The notes beneath the pieces are model-generated. The model ran no database searches. It saw only the letters and a program-made list of their open reading frames with translations, and was not told the origin of the DNA. Both the position numbers and the translations under genes were made by a program. DNA of 64,000 nt from Octopus vulgaris (lineage: Eukaryota), in the NCBI GenBank assembly GCA_951406725.2, contig OX597838.1:25730001-25794000 (forward strand), written 5' to 3'. This document shows positions 53,661-64,000 of the stretch, one piece after another. Within the stretch, counting starts at the first letter, position 1. The number at the start of each line of letters is the position of its first letter.

Positions 53661-54124
53661 TATATATATATTTGTATATAATAGAATAAGAAATAGAAAG
53701 TCCTTGGTACAGTATTATATATTTGAAAAAATGTGTAGAAATAGCTTTCCTAATAATTTTTTCACTTTAATAATTAGATGTGTTATGGTGGAAAAGTTGA
53801 GTGGATTTGGTACACAGAAACTGAAAGAAGCCCGTCGTATATATGTATATGTATGTGTGTGTATATGTTTGTGTGTCTACATTTGTCCCCCCAACATCAG
53901 TTGACAACCGATGCTTGTGTGTTTACGTCCCCGTAACTTAGTAGTTCGGCAAAAGAGATTGATAGAATAAGTACTAGGCTTTACAAAGAATAAGTCCTGG
54001 GGTCAATTTGCCCGACTAAAGGAAGTTCTCTAGCATGGCCACAGTCAAATGACTGAAACAAGTAAAAGAGTAAATGTAAATATGTATGTGTATATATATA
54101 TATATGTATGTGTATATATATATA

Positions 54125-54355
54125 TATTTCTTTACTACCCACAAGGGGCTAAACACAGAGGGGACAAACAAGGACAGACAGACATAGGTATTAAGTCGAT
54201 TACATCGACCCCAGTGCGTAACTGGTACTTAATTTATCGACCCCGAAAGGATGAAAGGCAAAGTCGACCTCGGCGGAATTTGAACTCACAACGTAACGCA
54301 GACGAAATACCGCAAAGCATTTCGCCCGGCGTGCTAACGTTTCTGCCAGCTCGCC

Positions 54356-54356
<1 letters not shown>
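54125..54356 (-). mobile_element. SINE family 2, with conserved core GTCGACTTTGCCTTTCATCCTTTCGGGGTCGATAAA (resembles the MetaSINE core)
   Basis: Other copies at ~4040-4268(+), 14843-15072(-), 36518-36747(-), 43028-43260(+) and 49965-50170(+). Confidence 0.85.
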
Positions 54357-54426
<70 letters not shown>

Positions 54427-54840
54427 TACACATACTAGAGTGTTACCCATCAAATGAGGGGATAACTTTAGAAGTATACTTTTGTCACCATGGGTAATAT
54501 CAAGAAATACCACATACATACAATAATTATAATACAATTTTTATCAAATTTATTGGTGTTTCTGCAAAATAACGAAAGGAAACTAATCTGCAAGAGAAAA
54601 ATATTTATTACCTTAAAATAAATTGAAATCAAATAAACTTTTCATTTGTATATTTGCAATAAATATATGCTATTATTTTTCTAAATTTTATCAAGATAAT
54701 CATAGTATATTCCACTGGAAATGTATCTCTGAAAAATTTTATTAAAATATGTGTAATTTTCAGAAATTTATCATTGCCTGTCACCAAGCCTTGCACGTGC
54801 ACTTGTCCTGTACTTCTTATGTTTTATTGGTATTCTTTCG

Positions 54841-54899
54841 TTATGACTCGACAGAATCAAAACACTTCAATTCGGCTGTTTCCGTGGATGCAGTGTCAA
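54841..54899 (-). CDS. Putative alternative terminal exon (xDTASTETAELKCFDSVES*)
   Basis: Strong acceptor ctttcttctcttcctcccattttgttaactgacAG; phase-1 frame ends in TAA; AATAAA at 54828-54823; compatible with the phase-1 donor at 60993. Confidence 0.45.
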
Positions 54900-54966
54900 C
54901 TGTCAGTTAACAAAATGGGAGGAAGAGAAGAAAGCTAATGGGTTGTACATGCGTGTGTCCTTGTTC

Positions 54967-55013
<47 letters not shown>

Positions 55014-55562
55014 CTTGTTCTTATCTGTGTGTGTGTGTGTGTTTGTCTCTGTGTGTGCCTTTTTTTATGCATTTATGTGTTGTGGAATATAGACATAACG
55101 AAATAGTTTACATACACACATGAAGCAGGTAAGAACAAATATGCAAGGCTTTTTTTTTTTATTTATGTATGTGTATGAGCGTGTGCGCGCGCGCGAGTGA
55201 CAGAGGGTGTGGGTGCCCTGGCGCCCACCGGAGCACATAAATACATGACGCTGATAAGGATTATTACGTCTCTTCGTAAAGGCTTTCGGAACGTGCTAAC
55301 ATTATTAGTGCAAGCTGAGTTATGTACCTTGATAAAAGGTACATAACTCTACAGTTCCAATTTTGTAAAATAAAACTGACAGCTTAGCATTAACATGCGG
55401 TAACCAAACCTGTATCACTTCGGGTGGAATACATGTTGTGGGGTGGGATAACACACAAACGCAAGCAGTAGAGGGATGTGTGTGTATTAAAATTTGTATT
55501 CATGTCATGTTATACGTAAAAATAATTTAACATTAAACTGAATACTTCTTCAACATAAAATA

Positions 55563-55972
55563 AGGAGTGACTGTGTGGTAAGTAGCTTGCTAACCAATCA
55601 CATGGTTTCGGGTTCAGTCCCACTGCGTGGCACCTTGGGCAAGTTCTTCTACTATAGCCTCGGGCCGACCAATGCCTTGTGAGTGGATTTGGTAGCGGAA
55701 ACTGAAAGAAGCTCGTCGTATATTATATGTGTATATTTATACATGTATGTGTGTGTATATGTCTGTGTCTCTGTGTTTGTTCCCTCCCCCCAACATCGCT
55801 TGACAACCTATGCTGGTGTGTTTACGTCCCCGTAACCTAGCGGTTCGGCAAAGGAGACCGATAGAATAAGTACTAAGCTTACAAAGAATATGTCCTGGGG
55901 TCGATTTGCTTGACTAAAAGGCGGTGCACCAGCATGGCCACAGTCAAATGACTGAAACAAGTAAAAGAGTAA
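55563..55972 (+). mobile_element. SINE family 1 (further partial copies at ~2513, 8055, 14410, 16620, 39390, 53805, 58166)
   Basis: Full-length copy. Confidence 0.9.
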
Positions 55973-56670
55973 ATAGAATATGTATTAATTACGTTTATAA
56001 AGAAAAAGTCGAAAGTTTGTCACCCTCACGAGACTGTGCAAGTAGCCATCAACCCTTTCCGTATCTATTTGCATGTGTGTGTGTAAGGACAAGCATGTTA
56101 GGCAACTCGATATACAAAAAATATTTAATACAATGTATTTAACATTCTTTGTATATGGATTTGCCTAACTTGCTTGTCCTTACATTTACTCCTCTACCTG
56201 CTCAAGTTCAAATCTCTTGGGCACCACAATGTATATTCTATACAGAGAATGTATTTATGTATGTATGCATACACGCATGCACGTACGTACGTAGGTAGGT
56301 ATGTATGTATGTATGTATGTATGTATGTATGTATGTATGTATGTATGTATGTATGCATGCATGCATGCATGCATGCATGCATGCACGCACGCACGCATGC
56401 ATGTACGTATGTATGTATGTATTTATGTATGCATGCATGTACGTACGTACGTATGTATGCATGTACGTACGTATGTGTGTGTATGTATTCATGCATGTAT
56501 CTAAACCATGAAAAATCAGGAGATATGAGAGTTGAATATATTTTATTTAACCACTTGATATGCTCAGGGTTACAGCTGTTTCACAGCCTTCTGTCTGTCT
56601 GTCTGTATGTACGTACGTATGTATGTATTCTTATGCATATAGTTGCATGTCTAGACATGCTCATATATAT

Positions 56671-57040
56671 TTAAATGATAAACTTCTGGAACGTTTTAAA
56701 CACTTTTACAGTTTCGGTGATGAATTGGATCTGTAGTCTTCGAATTATCTTTCTCCTTTCTGGCTTTGAGAAGCCTAATTTCTCAAGATTGGTATTTAGG
56801 CAGTGTGTTACATATTCCAGGGCTCCGATAATTACAGGCAGAAACCTGAACTTGTAATCCGGATAGATTAACTGAAGATTCCTCAATAGTTTAGCATAGG
56901 TGTTCTCTTTTTCACTGATCTTCAGCTTTATGTTAACATCCGCTGGACAGCTAATTTCCACAATTGTGTACAGTTTACAGTTTCTCTTCTCTATCCCAAA
57001 TCACTATATCAGGTCTGTTGTGCTTATATTTTATTGAGGT
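56671..57040 (-). mobile_element. R2/R4-type non-LTR element fragment (restriction-like endonuclease)
   Basis: HNRPDIVIWD...VEISCPAD...EKENTYAKL...PVIIGAL motifs. Confidence 0.8.
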
Positions 57041-57748
57041 CTTCACTGGGACAAATGAACCCGACCGCTCTCAAAAGTTAAGTATAAAAAAAATAATAAA
57101 AACGGAAAAAAATAATCCAGAATCCTTTTGTGGTACTGGATCGATCCCCAAATCTAATCATTTCGTGCCAGTCACGAGGCCAAACATCCCTGAAGGCTTC
57201 ATCTGAATGCATCCAGCAGTACTTGAGATATCTTGTACACGGACAAACAAACAAACACGACTGAATTAGTACCTCTGCCTTCGCTAAGGCGGGGGTAATT
57301 AATTAATTTTGCATTACAACTATTAAGCATTAGGAACCTAGTTATTTAAAAGGAAACAAGTAACTTGTATAGTCATGACACAGTAGCCTCCCTTGTAGTG
57401 CGAATGCGTATGGAGGACGCATAAAAACAATCTAAAGAAACAAACGGAATGCTCACAGCTTAAATTGTCTCGATTACATGTTTGTTTGACCAGAGATGAC
57501 CTGGGGTCAAACAGTAATTCTTTTCTCACTTTTTCTGTAGGCTGATACCCTGTCATTTTGGGGAGTGGTGATGGTGGGTCTAGTCAATTACATCGACCCC
57601 ACCCCACCCTTACCGGTACTTAATTTAAGTCAACCTCGACGTAATTCGAACTCTGATGGTAAAGAACCGGTGGAAATGCTGCCAAGCATTTTCTCCGATA
57701 TGCCAACGATTCTGCGATAGAAAAGAGAAACCTAATAATAATGATAAT

Positions 57749-58107
57749 AACAAGAACACCCAGAGAGCGCAAACCTCCGCCCAACGATTAGCCAGAAATG
57801 AATTTTAAAATGAGAATATCTGAAATAAACTCGACTGCTCTCACAAACGAGAATACTAAAAATGAACCTGACCACTCTCAAATATTAACTAAAAAAAAAA
57901 AAGAAAGAAAAAACGGAAAGATAATCCAGAATCCTTTTTTGGTACCTGATTGATCCCCAAATCTAATTATTTTGTGTCCGTCACGAGGCCAAACATCCCT
58001 GAAAGTTTCATCCGAATACATCCAGCGGTTCTTGAAATATCTTGTCCACGGACAAACAAACAAACACGACTGAAAACAATACCTCTGCCTTCGCTAAAGC
58101 GGAGGTA
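57749..58107 (+). mobile_element. Helentron/DINE-like non-autonomous element (second, partial copy at ~57050-57298)
   Basis: 5' sub-terminal ACCTCCGCC, internal (CAAA)n, 3' hairpin ACCTCTGCCTT-cgct-AAAGCGGAGGT. Confidence 0.55.
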
Positions 58108-58667
58108 AAAACGTATTTAGTTATTAGCGAAGGAAGCAATATAAGTATCGAATAGCAATCACTATAGGCGCGGAGAGTGGCTGTGTGGTAAGTAGCTGCG
58201 TGGGATCTTGGGCACTTGTGACGGAAACTGAAAGAAGCCTGTCGTATATATGTATGTGTGTGTCTGTGTTTGTCCCCCTAGCATTGCTTGACAACCGATG
58301 CTGGAGTGTTTACGTCCCCGTCACTTAGCGGTTCGGCAGAAGAGACCGATAGAATAAGTACTAGGCTTACAAAGAATAAGTCCTGGGGTCGATTTGATCG
58401 ACTAAAGGCGGTGCTACAGCATGGCCGCAGTCAAATGATTGAAACAAGTAAAAGAATATATCCTATGATGTACAGTAAGAAAACTCCCGCAACATAAAGA
58501 CCCATACGAGATGCTTTCTCAAGACGAATACCGCAGTATTACAACGTCCTTACAGCACATCTACGTTAAGTAGGATACAAAGATTGCTGACACATTTTGA
58601 GTTGTAGAGTTAAGGGAAGCAACTCTGTGAGCAGTTATAAGTGTGTCACTCTTCAGTGCAAACAAAG

Positions 58668-58925
58668 ATGGCTGCCGCACCGTGTCGTCGAATTCTTGCT
58701 CAGGTGAAGGACAAGTTAAACAAGACCTCTGTACCGGTTCGGACTTCTGTCACCACGACGACCGGAGCAATGCTCAACAAACCGCCGGTGACCAAATTCA
58801 GTATGATCAAAATCATGTCGACAGTTGTACCGTTTCTCTATTTGGGAGCGACCGTCAGTAGGAAAGGCGCCGCTTTCTTGGAAGAGAACGATATCTTCGT
58901 TCCGGACGACGACGACGACGACTAA
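58668..58925 (+). CDS. SMDT1: Essential MCU regulator, mitochondrial (EMRE/SMDT1), 85 aa, CDS without introns
   Basis: ATG at 58668 in aagATGgc context. Protein MAAAPCRRILAQVKDKLNKTSVPVRTSVTTTTGAMLNKPPVTKFSMIKIMSTVVPFLYLGATVSRKGAAFLEENDIFVPDDDDDD* has a basic presequence, a single TM with PFLYxG/GxxxS, and the EMRE hallmark C-terminus FLEENDIFVP plus poly-Asp. Confidence 0.95.
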   Translation: MAAAPCRRILAQVKDKLNKTSVPVRTSVTTTTGAMLNKPPVTKFSMIKIMSTVVPFLYLGATVSRKGAAFLEENDIFVPDDDDDD

Positions 58926-59860
58926 AGGACAACAAGCGTCAATAATAATAATAATAATAATAATAGTAACAGCAGCAATTAATAATAATAATAAGAAGAA
59001 CAACAACTGAAACAGACTAACGTGGCGATGGTGGAGAGATGGCGTTTGAAACACACCTTTACATGCCAGAAGAGCTGGGAACGAAGACTAGCAACAGAAA
59101 GCATTCTTGGCATTCTATTGCTAGGCAGATAAGTAATTGTTTTCATGAAAGAAGCGCAAGAAGTAAAAAAAAAAAAAAAAAAAGAAGTCTTATTGTCACT
59201 TTAGTTTATAAAACGTAAATTGCTAACCCTCACTCATGTATATATATATATATAAATATATATGCTTTATTGTTTTCCCTCTTTACTTGGTAGAATAAGC
59301 ACACGCACCTTTATAAAAACTTTGTACTTTTCGTAAATATATACGTGTATATATATATATATATATATATATAAGGCGTAGACACACACACACACACAAA
59401 AGGTATTTATTATTTTCAGTTGGCAGTGGCTTGTGGCTTGACTAGTTTCCAGAAGTAGTCATGCCACTTTCACCGTGGTTCTATTGAATGTCGGTAATTA
59501 GAACGATACTTTTCATGCAAATGTGTGCGTGTGTGTGTTGTGATAGAACAAAATAGATGATGCTTCGATCAACAACATCAAAAACAGCGGCAGCAGCATC
59601 GATGACCAAACGTAACCGCGGGAAAGAGAAGAAAATACGGGATGACCACGACTGGATCAAGATTGAACTGGGTGGGACTCGACAACAACAATGGAAGAAG
59701 CCACATTCGACATGACAACTTCTCGTTTAAACTTGTGTAACTTAATATTTTCTTCTTTTGTATATGAACGATACTTTCCTTGGTGACATCTTCATTGTAT
59801 TGTGAACACATATATAGACACTTGAGAAAATACCTTTATAATTATAATAATATCTATCTA

Positions 59861-59942
<82 letters not shown>

Positions 59943-60145
59943 ATGCGTTTTTTTTGTATCCGTTATTTCGTAGCAAAGTCGTGCTTGGCTGTAAACATTT
60001 AACTAATCTTGCAAAAACTACCTGTGCATGTATATAACTGCACACACATACATATATATATATATATACACACACATACATATAAAATGAATGTGTGTTT
60101 ACTGTTATGTAATATATACTTTTTGTATCTTTCTGAAAACAAGTA

Positions 60146-60177
<32 letters not shown>

Positions 60178-61002
60178 GTATGTATGTATGTATATTTTAT
60201 ATATATTTCCCCACGTTAGTAGTGTGTACATTCTAGAACTTCTAGAAAAAACTTTCTTTTCCCCTTATTATTTGTTGTATCTGTTTTTCAAATTTATTTT
60301 TCAACTTTATCTTTCCTTTTTATTTTTTACAGCTGATAAATATAAATATTTATCCCGGTTGCGTAGTAACCATATTTTTTTCTTAATCCATTGATACCTG
60401 TGTTTACTTTTTAATCTACCGCACCCCCCTGCCCCCATCGAAAGCTCTTTCAATCACTGTCTAATCTCTCTGGTTGTCTGGCTCTCTCTCTCTCTCTCCA
60501 TCCATATATATATACGCCTGTCTTTCTCTGTGCGTGTCTGTCTCTATCTCTTTTTACAATGTCTTTCTCTCTCTCTCTCTCTCTCGCTCTCTGACTTTCT
60601 AGACCAATAGTTCTTAGAATACAATGCCCTTGTCTTGTCTTCTATGAAGCATGTCACGTGCTATCTGTTTACCATTATGTAACAGTATTAGTGGGAATTA
60701 TTTACTCTAATTACACTGATTACAGCGATGAGGATGCTGTTGGTATTTCGCAGCCAGCGATCGCAGATTCTCAAATACACCTTAATTAGTTATGTACCTC
60801 ACACTAATTAACCCCACCACCACACACACACTCACTGCAACACTCAGCATATCAAAATACACGGTTTGTGTGTCGGGTCGCTCAACTGTGAAATGTCTCG
60901 CTACTACTACCAACACTGTTTTTATTACCTACTTTTTTTTTTCTCTTTTTATAAAAATTAACCTATTTTTTTTCCCTATCTCAGCTTTATACCACTAACA
61001 AC

Positions 61003-61111
61003 CTTTGGGGAAAGTTTGAATGCCACAACTTCCAATTTCTGCTCCCTTGATTCCTTTTTTTTTTTGTTGTTTTTTTTCTTGAGGATGGCGGTGAAATCTT
61101 TGGCAATTTGC
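61003..61111 (-). CDS. Putative coding exon of the same gene (K-QIAKDFTAILKKKNNKKKKESREQKLEVVAFKLSPK)
   Basis: Acceptor ttcccctgtattcctcctcatcaagtttAG; phase-2 start matches exon 62258-62352; 109 nt open; GT donor at 61002 (phase 0) or alternative donor after 60993 (phase 1). Confidence 0.65.
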
Positions 61112-61658
61112 CTAAACTTGATGAGGAGGAATACAGGGGAACCCTCACACTATCCCCCAAATCAATTGACTGACGGGGGAGCATTTTAGCCTACATATTT
61201 GTGACATTTTGCCAATGTTAAGAAAGCATTATTATTGAGACACCGGATGAATGAATATATACATATATTTAACAATACAACTCATATATACACACCATAC
61301 ACATAAAAATAATATATTAAATATGGCATCTATATGTGTGTATACATTTATATAAATATATAAACGTGTGTGTGTATGTATGTATGGTTGTTTTTACGTC
61401 AAGTTCTATTGAAATCAATTTTACATTAAACTGAAGGATTACTTCATGCTTTTTGTTGAGTATATATATGTATTTATTCTCTAACAAGAATAGTGTTGAT
61501 ATCACATTGAAGTTATGGCCTGCTTAGCATTCATTGGAGTGTCTGATAAAGGCTAAGCAGACCAAAATTTCAAAATCACTGTCAACACTATTCTTGTTAA
61601 AGATAAAATTATATATATATATATATATATTACAAGGTTTGGAGATGATGTACAGGTA

Positions 61659-61869
61659 TTATATATTAGAAGAAATAAGGTACTCAGAAATCTGGATGGT
61701 TTTATATTTACAGATATTTATTGATATGTCACGTGTTTTTATAAATCATGTATTAGCGCTTGCGTCCACTCCAGTGGAGATTTATAAAGACATGTGACAT
61801 ATTGATAAATATCTGTGAATATAAAACCATCCAGATTTCTGAGTACCTTATTTCTTCTAATATATATAA
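61659..61869. repeat. Hairpin/MITE-like inverted repeat (~88-bp arms)
   Basis: 61659-61747 vs 61779-61869. Confidence 0.9.
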
Positions 61870-62088
61870 TCTGAATAATAAAACAGTTACTTTAACACCT
61901 CTTTAATGTTTAAGATGTTAAAGTATTTGTTTGTCTTATTATTTGGATTTGTGTTTACTCTTTGCTACACCCACACAATGGTTTTGCTGTCCTGAAAAAA
62001 GGATTTTTACACCTGAAGAATTTCAGTGTAGCCCAGAACAGGCGTTGAGTGCTTCTCTGGAAATACTCTACCTTTGTACTCTACCACA

Positions 62089-62126
<38 letters not shown>

Positions 62127-62257
62127 TCACACATACACAGTTCCACCATCTACATTCACACATACCTGTTTATATATATTCGTTAGTGAAAGATTTAGAT
62201 CTCTCGGTTGAAGACTTACTTTAATGTCACAAATATGGAGAAAAAAAATTGACTTAC

Positions 62258-62352
62258 TTATTTGATTTTTTGTGTTCATTTTCCTTAAGGAGGACCTCTG
62301 TGCCCTCATCTGTAATGTTGTCACCATCATCCCTCAGAGTATCGCGATCCAG
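62258..62352 (-). CDS. Putative coding exon of an unidentified minus-strand gene (LDRDTLRDDGDNITDEGTEVLLKENEHKKSN)
   Basis: Long polypyrimidine tract then AG upstream; consensus donor GTAAGT at 62257-62252; 95 nt open, phase 0 to 2; joins the next exon in frame. Confidence 0.7.
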
Positions 62353-62582
62353 CTTCACATTGAATACACAGGAAGAAAAAGGTAGAAGAAAAAAAAATAG
62401 AATTAATTTAATGAATTAGTAATTTCTTTAGTATTTGAAGAGGAGATTTGAAAGAAGGAAAACAATTTAGTTTGCTTTGCTGGAAGTTTCTAGATTTCTA
62501 AATATGTAATTACTTAATTAATCCAACATCTATTGAAATAATGTAATGGAGAAGCAGTAGTGATATGTTTGTATTATTATAC

Positions 62583-62606
62583 TGTGCTGAAGTGGTGTTT
62601 GTTGTG
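62583..62606 (-). CDS. Candidate 24-nt microexon (HNKHHFST)
   Basis: Strong acceptor ctatttttcatcccatAG, weak donor GTATAA; phase 0-0 gives HNKHHFST|LDRDT. Confidence 0.3.
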
Positions 62607-62672
62607 CTATGGGATGAAAAATAGACGAACTTCACCAGGCAGTTCTCTTTAATCACAGTATTAAAAAATCTA

Positions 62673-62709
<37 letters not shown>

Positions 62710-62977
62710 GCAGATGAGATCTAAGACTGCTCAAGTGATTTGAACTTACTCTCTGAAACCTATGTGTATATATTTGGTATATGAAACCCAAGCAGTTTTA
62801 TTGTTTCTTTGCACATATACACACATTTTTTTATTCTGTGATTAAAGGGCACTGCCTATACATATACACACACACACACACAAAATGTTATGAAAATCAC
62901 TGTGCATTTATAGTATGTTAATAAAAATATAACTGCATGGAGACTTTTAAACACATTGTATCTCTCTCTATTTCTCC

Positions 62978-63035
<58 letters not shown>

Positions 63036-64000
63036 ATGTGTGTGGATGCATGTATATCTACACTGTTTTCATTGGTTTTACTTTTGATCTTGATCAATTG
63101 TCTTATTCCTCTGTCTTAATTACAAAAGTGTAGACTTGATTTGAACTAGCGACCTTTACTCTTGTACTAAAAGTAACAACATTCTTATCCACTCAGCCAC
63201 TGACACATGTACAGTGTTATTACTTTTAGTTTATAAACTGAAGTTCCAAGTTCATATCAACCCCGGTCCTATTGTGCACATCCAGGCAGGAATAAGATTC
63301 CTGATGACAACTGAAACTTGCTGTGAATATAAATATTGCAAGATTTCTTGCAAAAATGAATATCATTAGTGTGACAGTTTAATCTATTCAACAGCTTATC
63401 TCGGACATTAAAAATGTGTATGCATTTGGATGTACATAAGAGGGAATGAAGAATGTACTCTATACATGTAGTAGAGTAGGGTTAATAGTGCTCTACTCAA
63501 AATGTAGTTCTCTGCATGTAGTAGAAGTCGTACATTTATTCAAAACTGAGACTTCACACTGTTGTCTATTTTGAGTTTCTTATTACTATCATGTCCTTAA
63601 GTCACCATGAGGAACTTAACTGGAAACTTATATATATATATATGTATGTATGTATATTTATGTATTCGTTATTAGTGATGGAAGTGACATTAGTTAAAAA
63701 TAGCATTCTGTATATCATACTTAACACAGATACATGTTGAAAGCCTGGAAATTGCTGCTGTATTTGTCTTGCCAAAGCAGCTCTTATGAATATATAGTGT
63801 GAAAAGAAACAACAAAAAACAAAGATATATATCAGTCACAAAAGACAGCACCAGTGACCATCACTCCTGATATATTTCTGTGGTTTTTAATGCTATATGT
63901 CTATAAGAGATTCTATTTAAAATGAATGCTGCAGTTTATCTGAGTATATATCTGCATTAAGTATAGTATACAGAATGCATACATATACATGCCAATATGA

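Noticed and set aside
59602-59715. 37-codon ORF MTKRNRGKEKK... downstream of EMRE
   Set aside because: Short, no recognisable homology; likely UTR or intron.
60987-61184. ORF-track frame MLPRQSIDLG...
   Set aside because: Splice phase and acceptor strength favour a different frame starting at 61111.
62001-62070. CTGAAGA...GAAA possible hammerhead, or an extra exon
   Set aside because: No convincing stem I/II/III geometry, and splice phases do not fit the neighbouring exons.

Overview
AT-rich, microsatellite-saturated eukaryotic (animal) genomic DNA. It is most likely from an octopus (coleoid cephalopod); this is inferred from the tRNA-derived SINE families, RTE/CR1/Penelope/Tc1-mariner debris and a C2H2 zinc-finger array. 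Most ORF-track hits are microsatellite artefacts. One complete, confidently identifiable protein gene is present: an EMRE/SMDT1 (essential MCU regulator) CDS with no intron at 58668-58925 (+). It appears to be nested antisense inside an intron of an unannotated minus-strand gene whose small exons (62258-62352, 61003-61111, 53065-53121, and possibly 62583-62606 and 54841-54899) have splice sites and phases that join into one open frame. The most notable observations are: (1) a family of short (TA)n-associated elements, each carrying a minimal type-I hammerhead ribozyme motif (one intact core, one near-intact, three sharing a variant core), plus a Penelope GIY-YIG retroelement with its own degenerate hammerhead; (2) a 21-bp x ~35 tandem array whose main variation is synonymous in two reading frames and which is bounded by splice-like signals 750 nt apart; (3) a near-identical 362-bp inverted duplication of part of a zinc-finger pseudogene; (4) several long fold-back hairpins that could be dsRNA/ADAR substrates. 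All calls were made by eye, and repeat boundaries are approximate.
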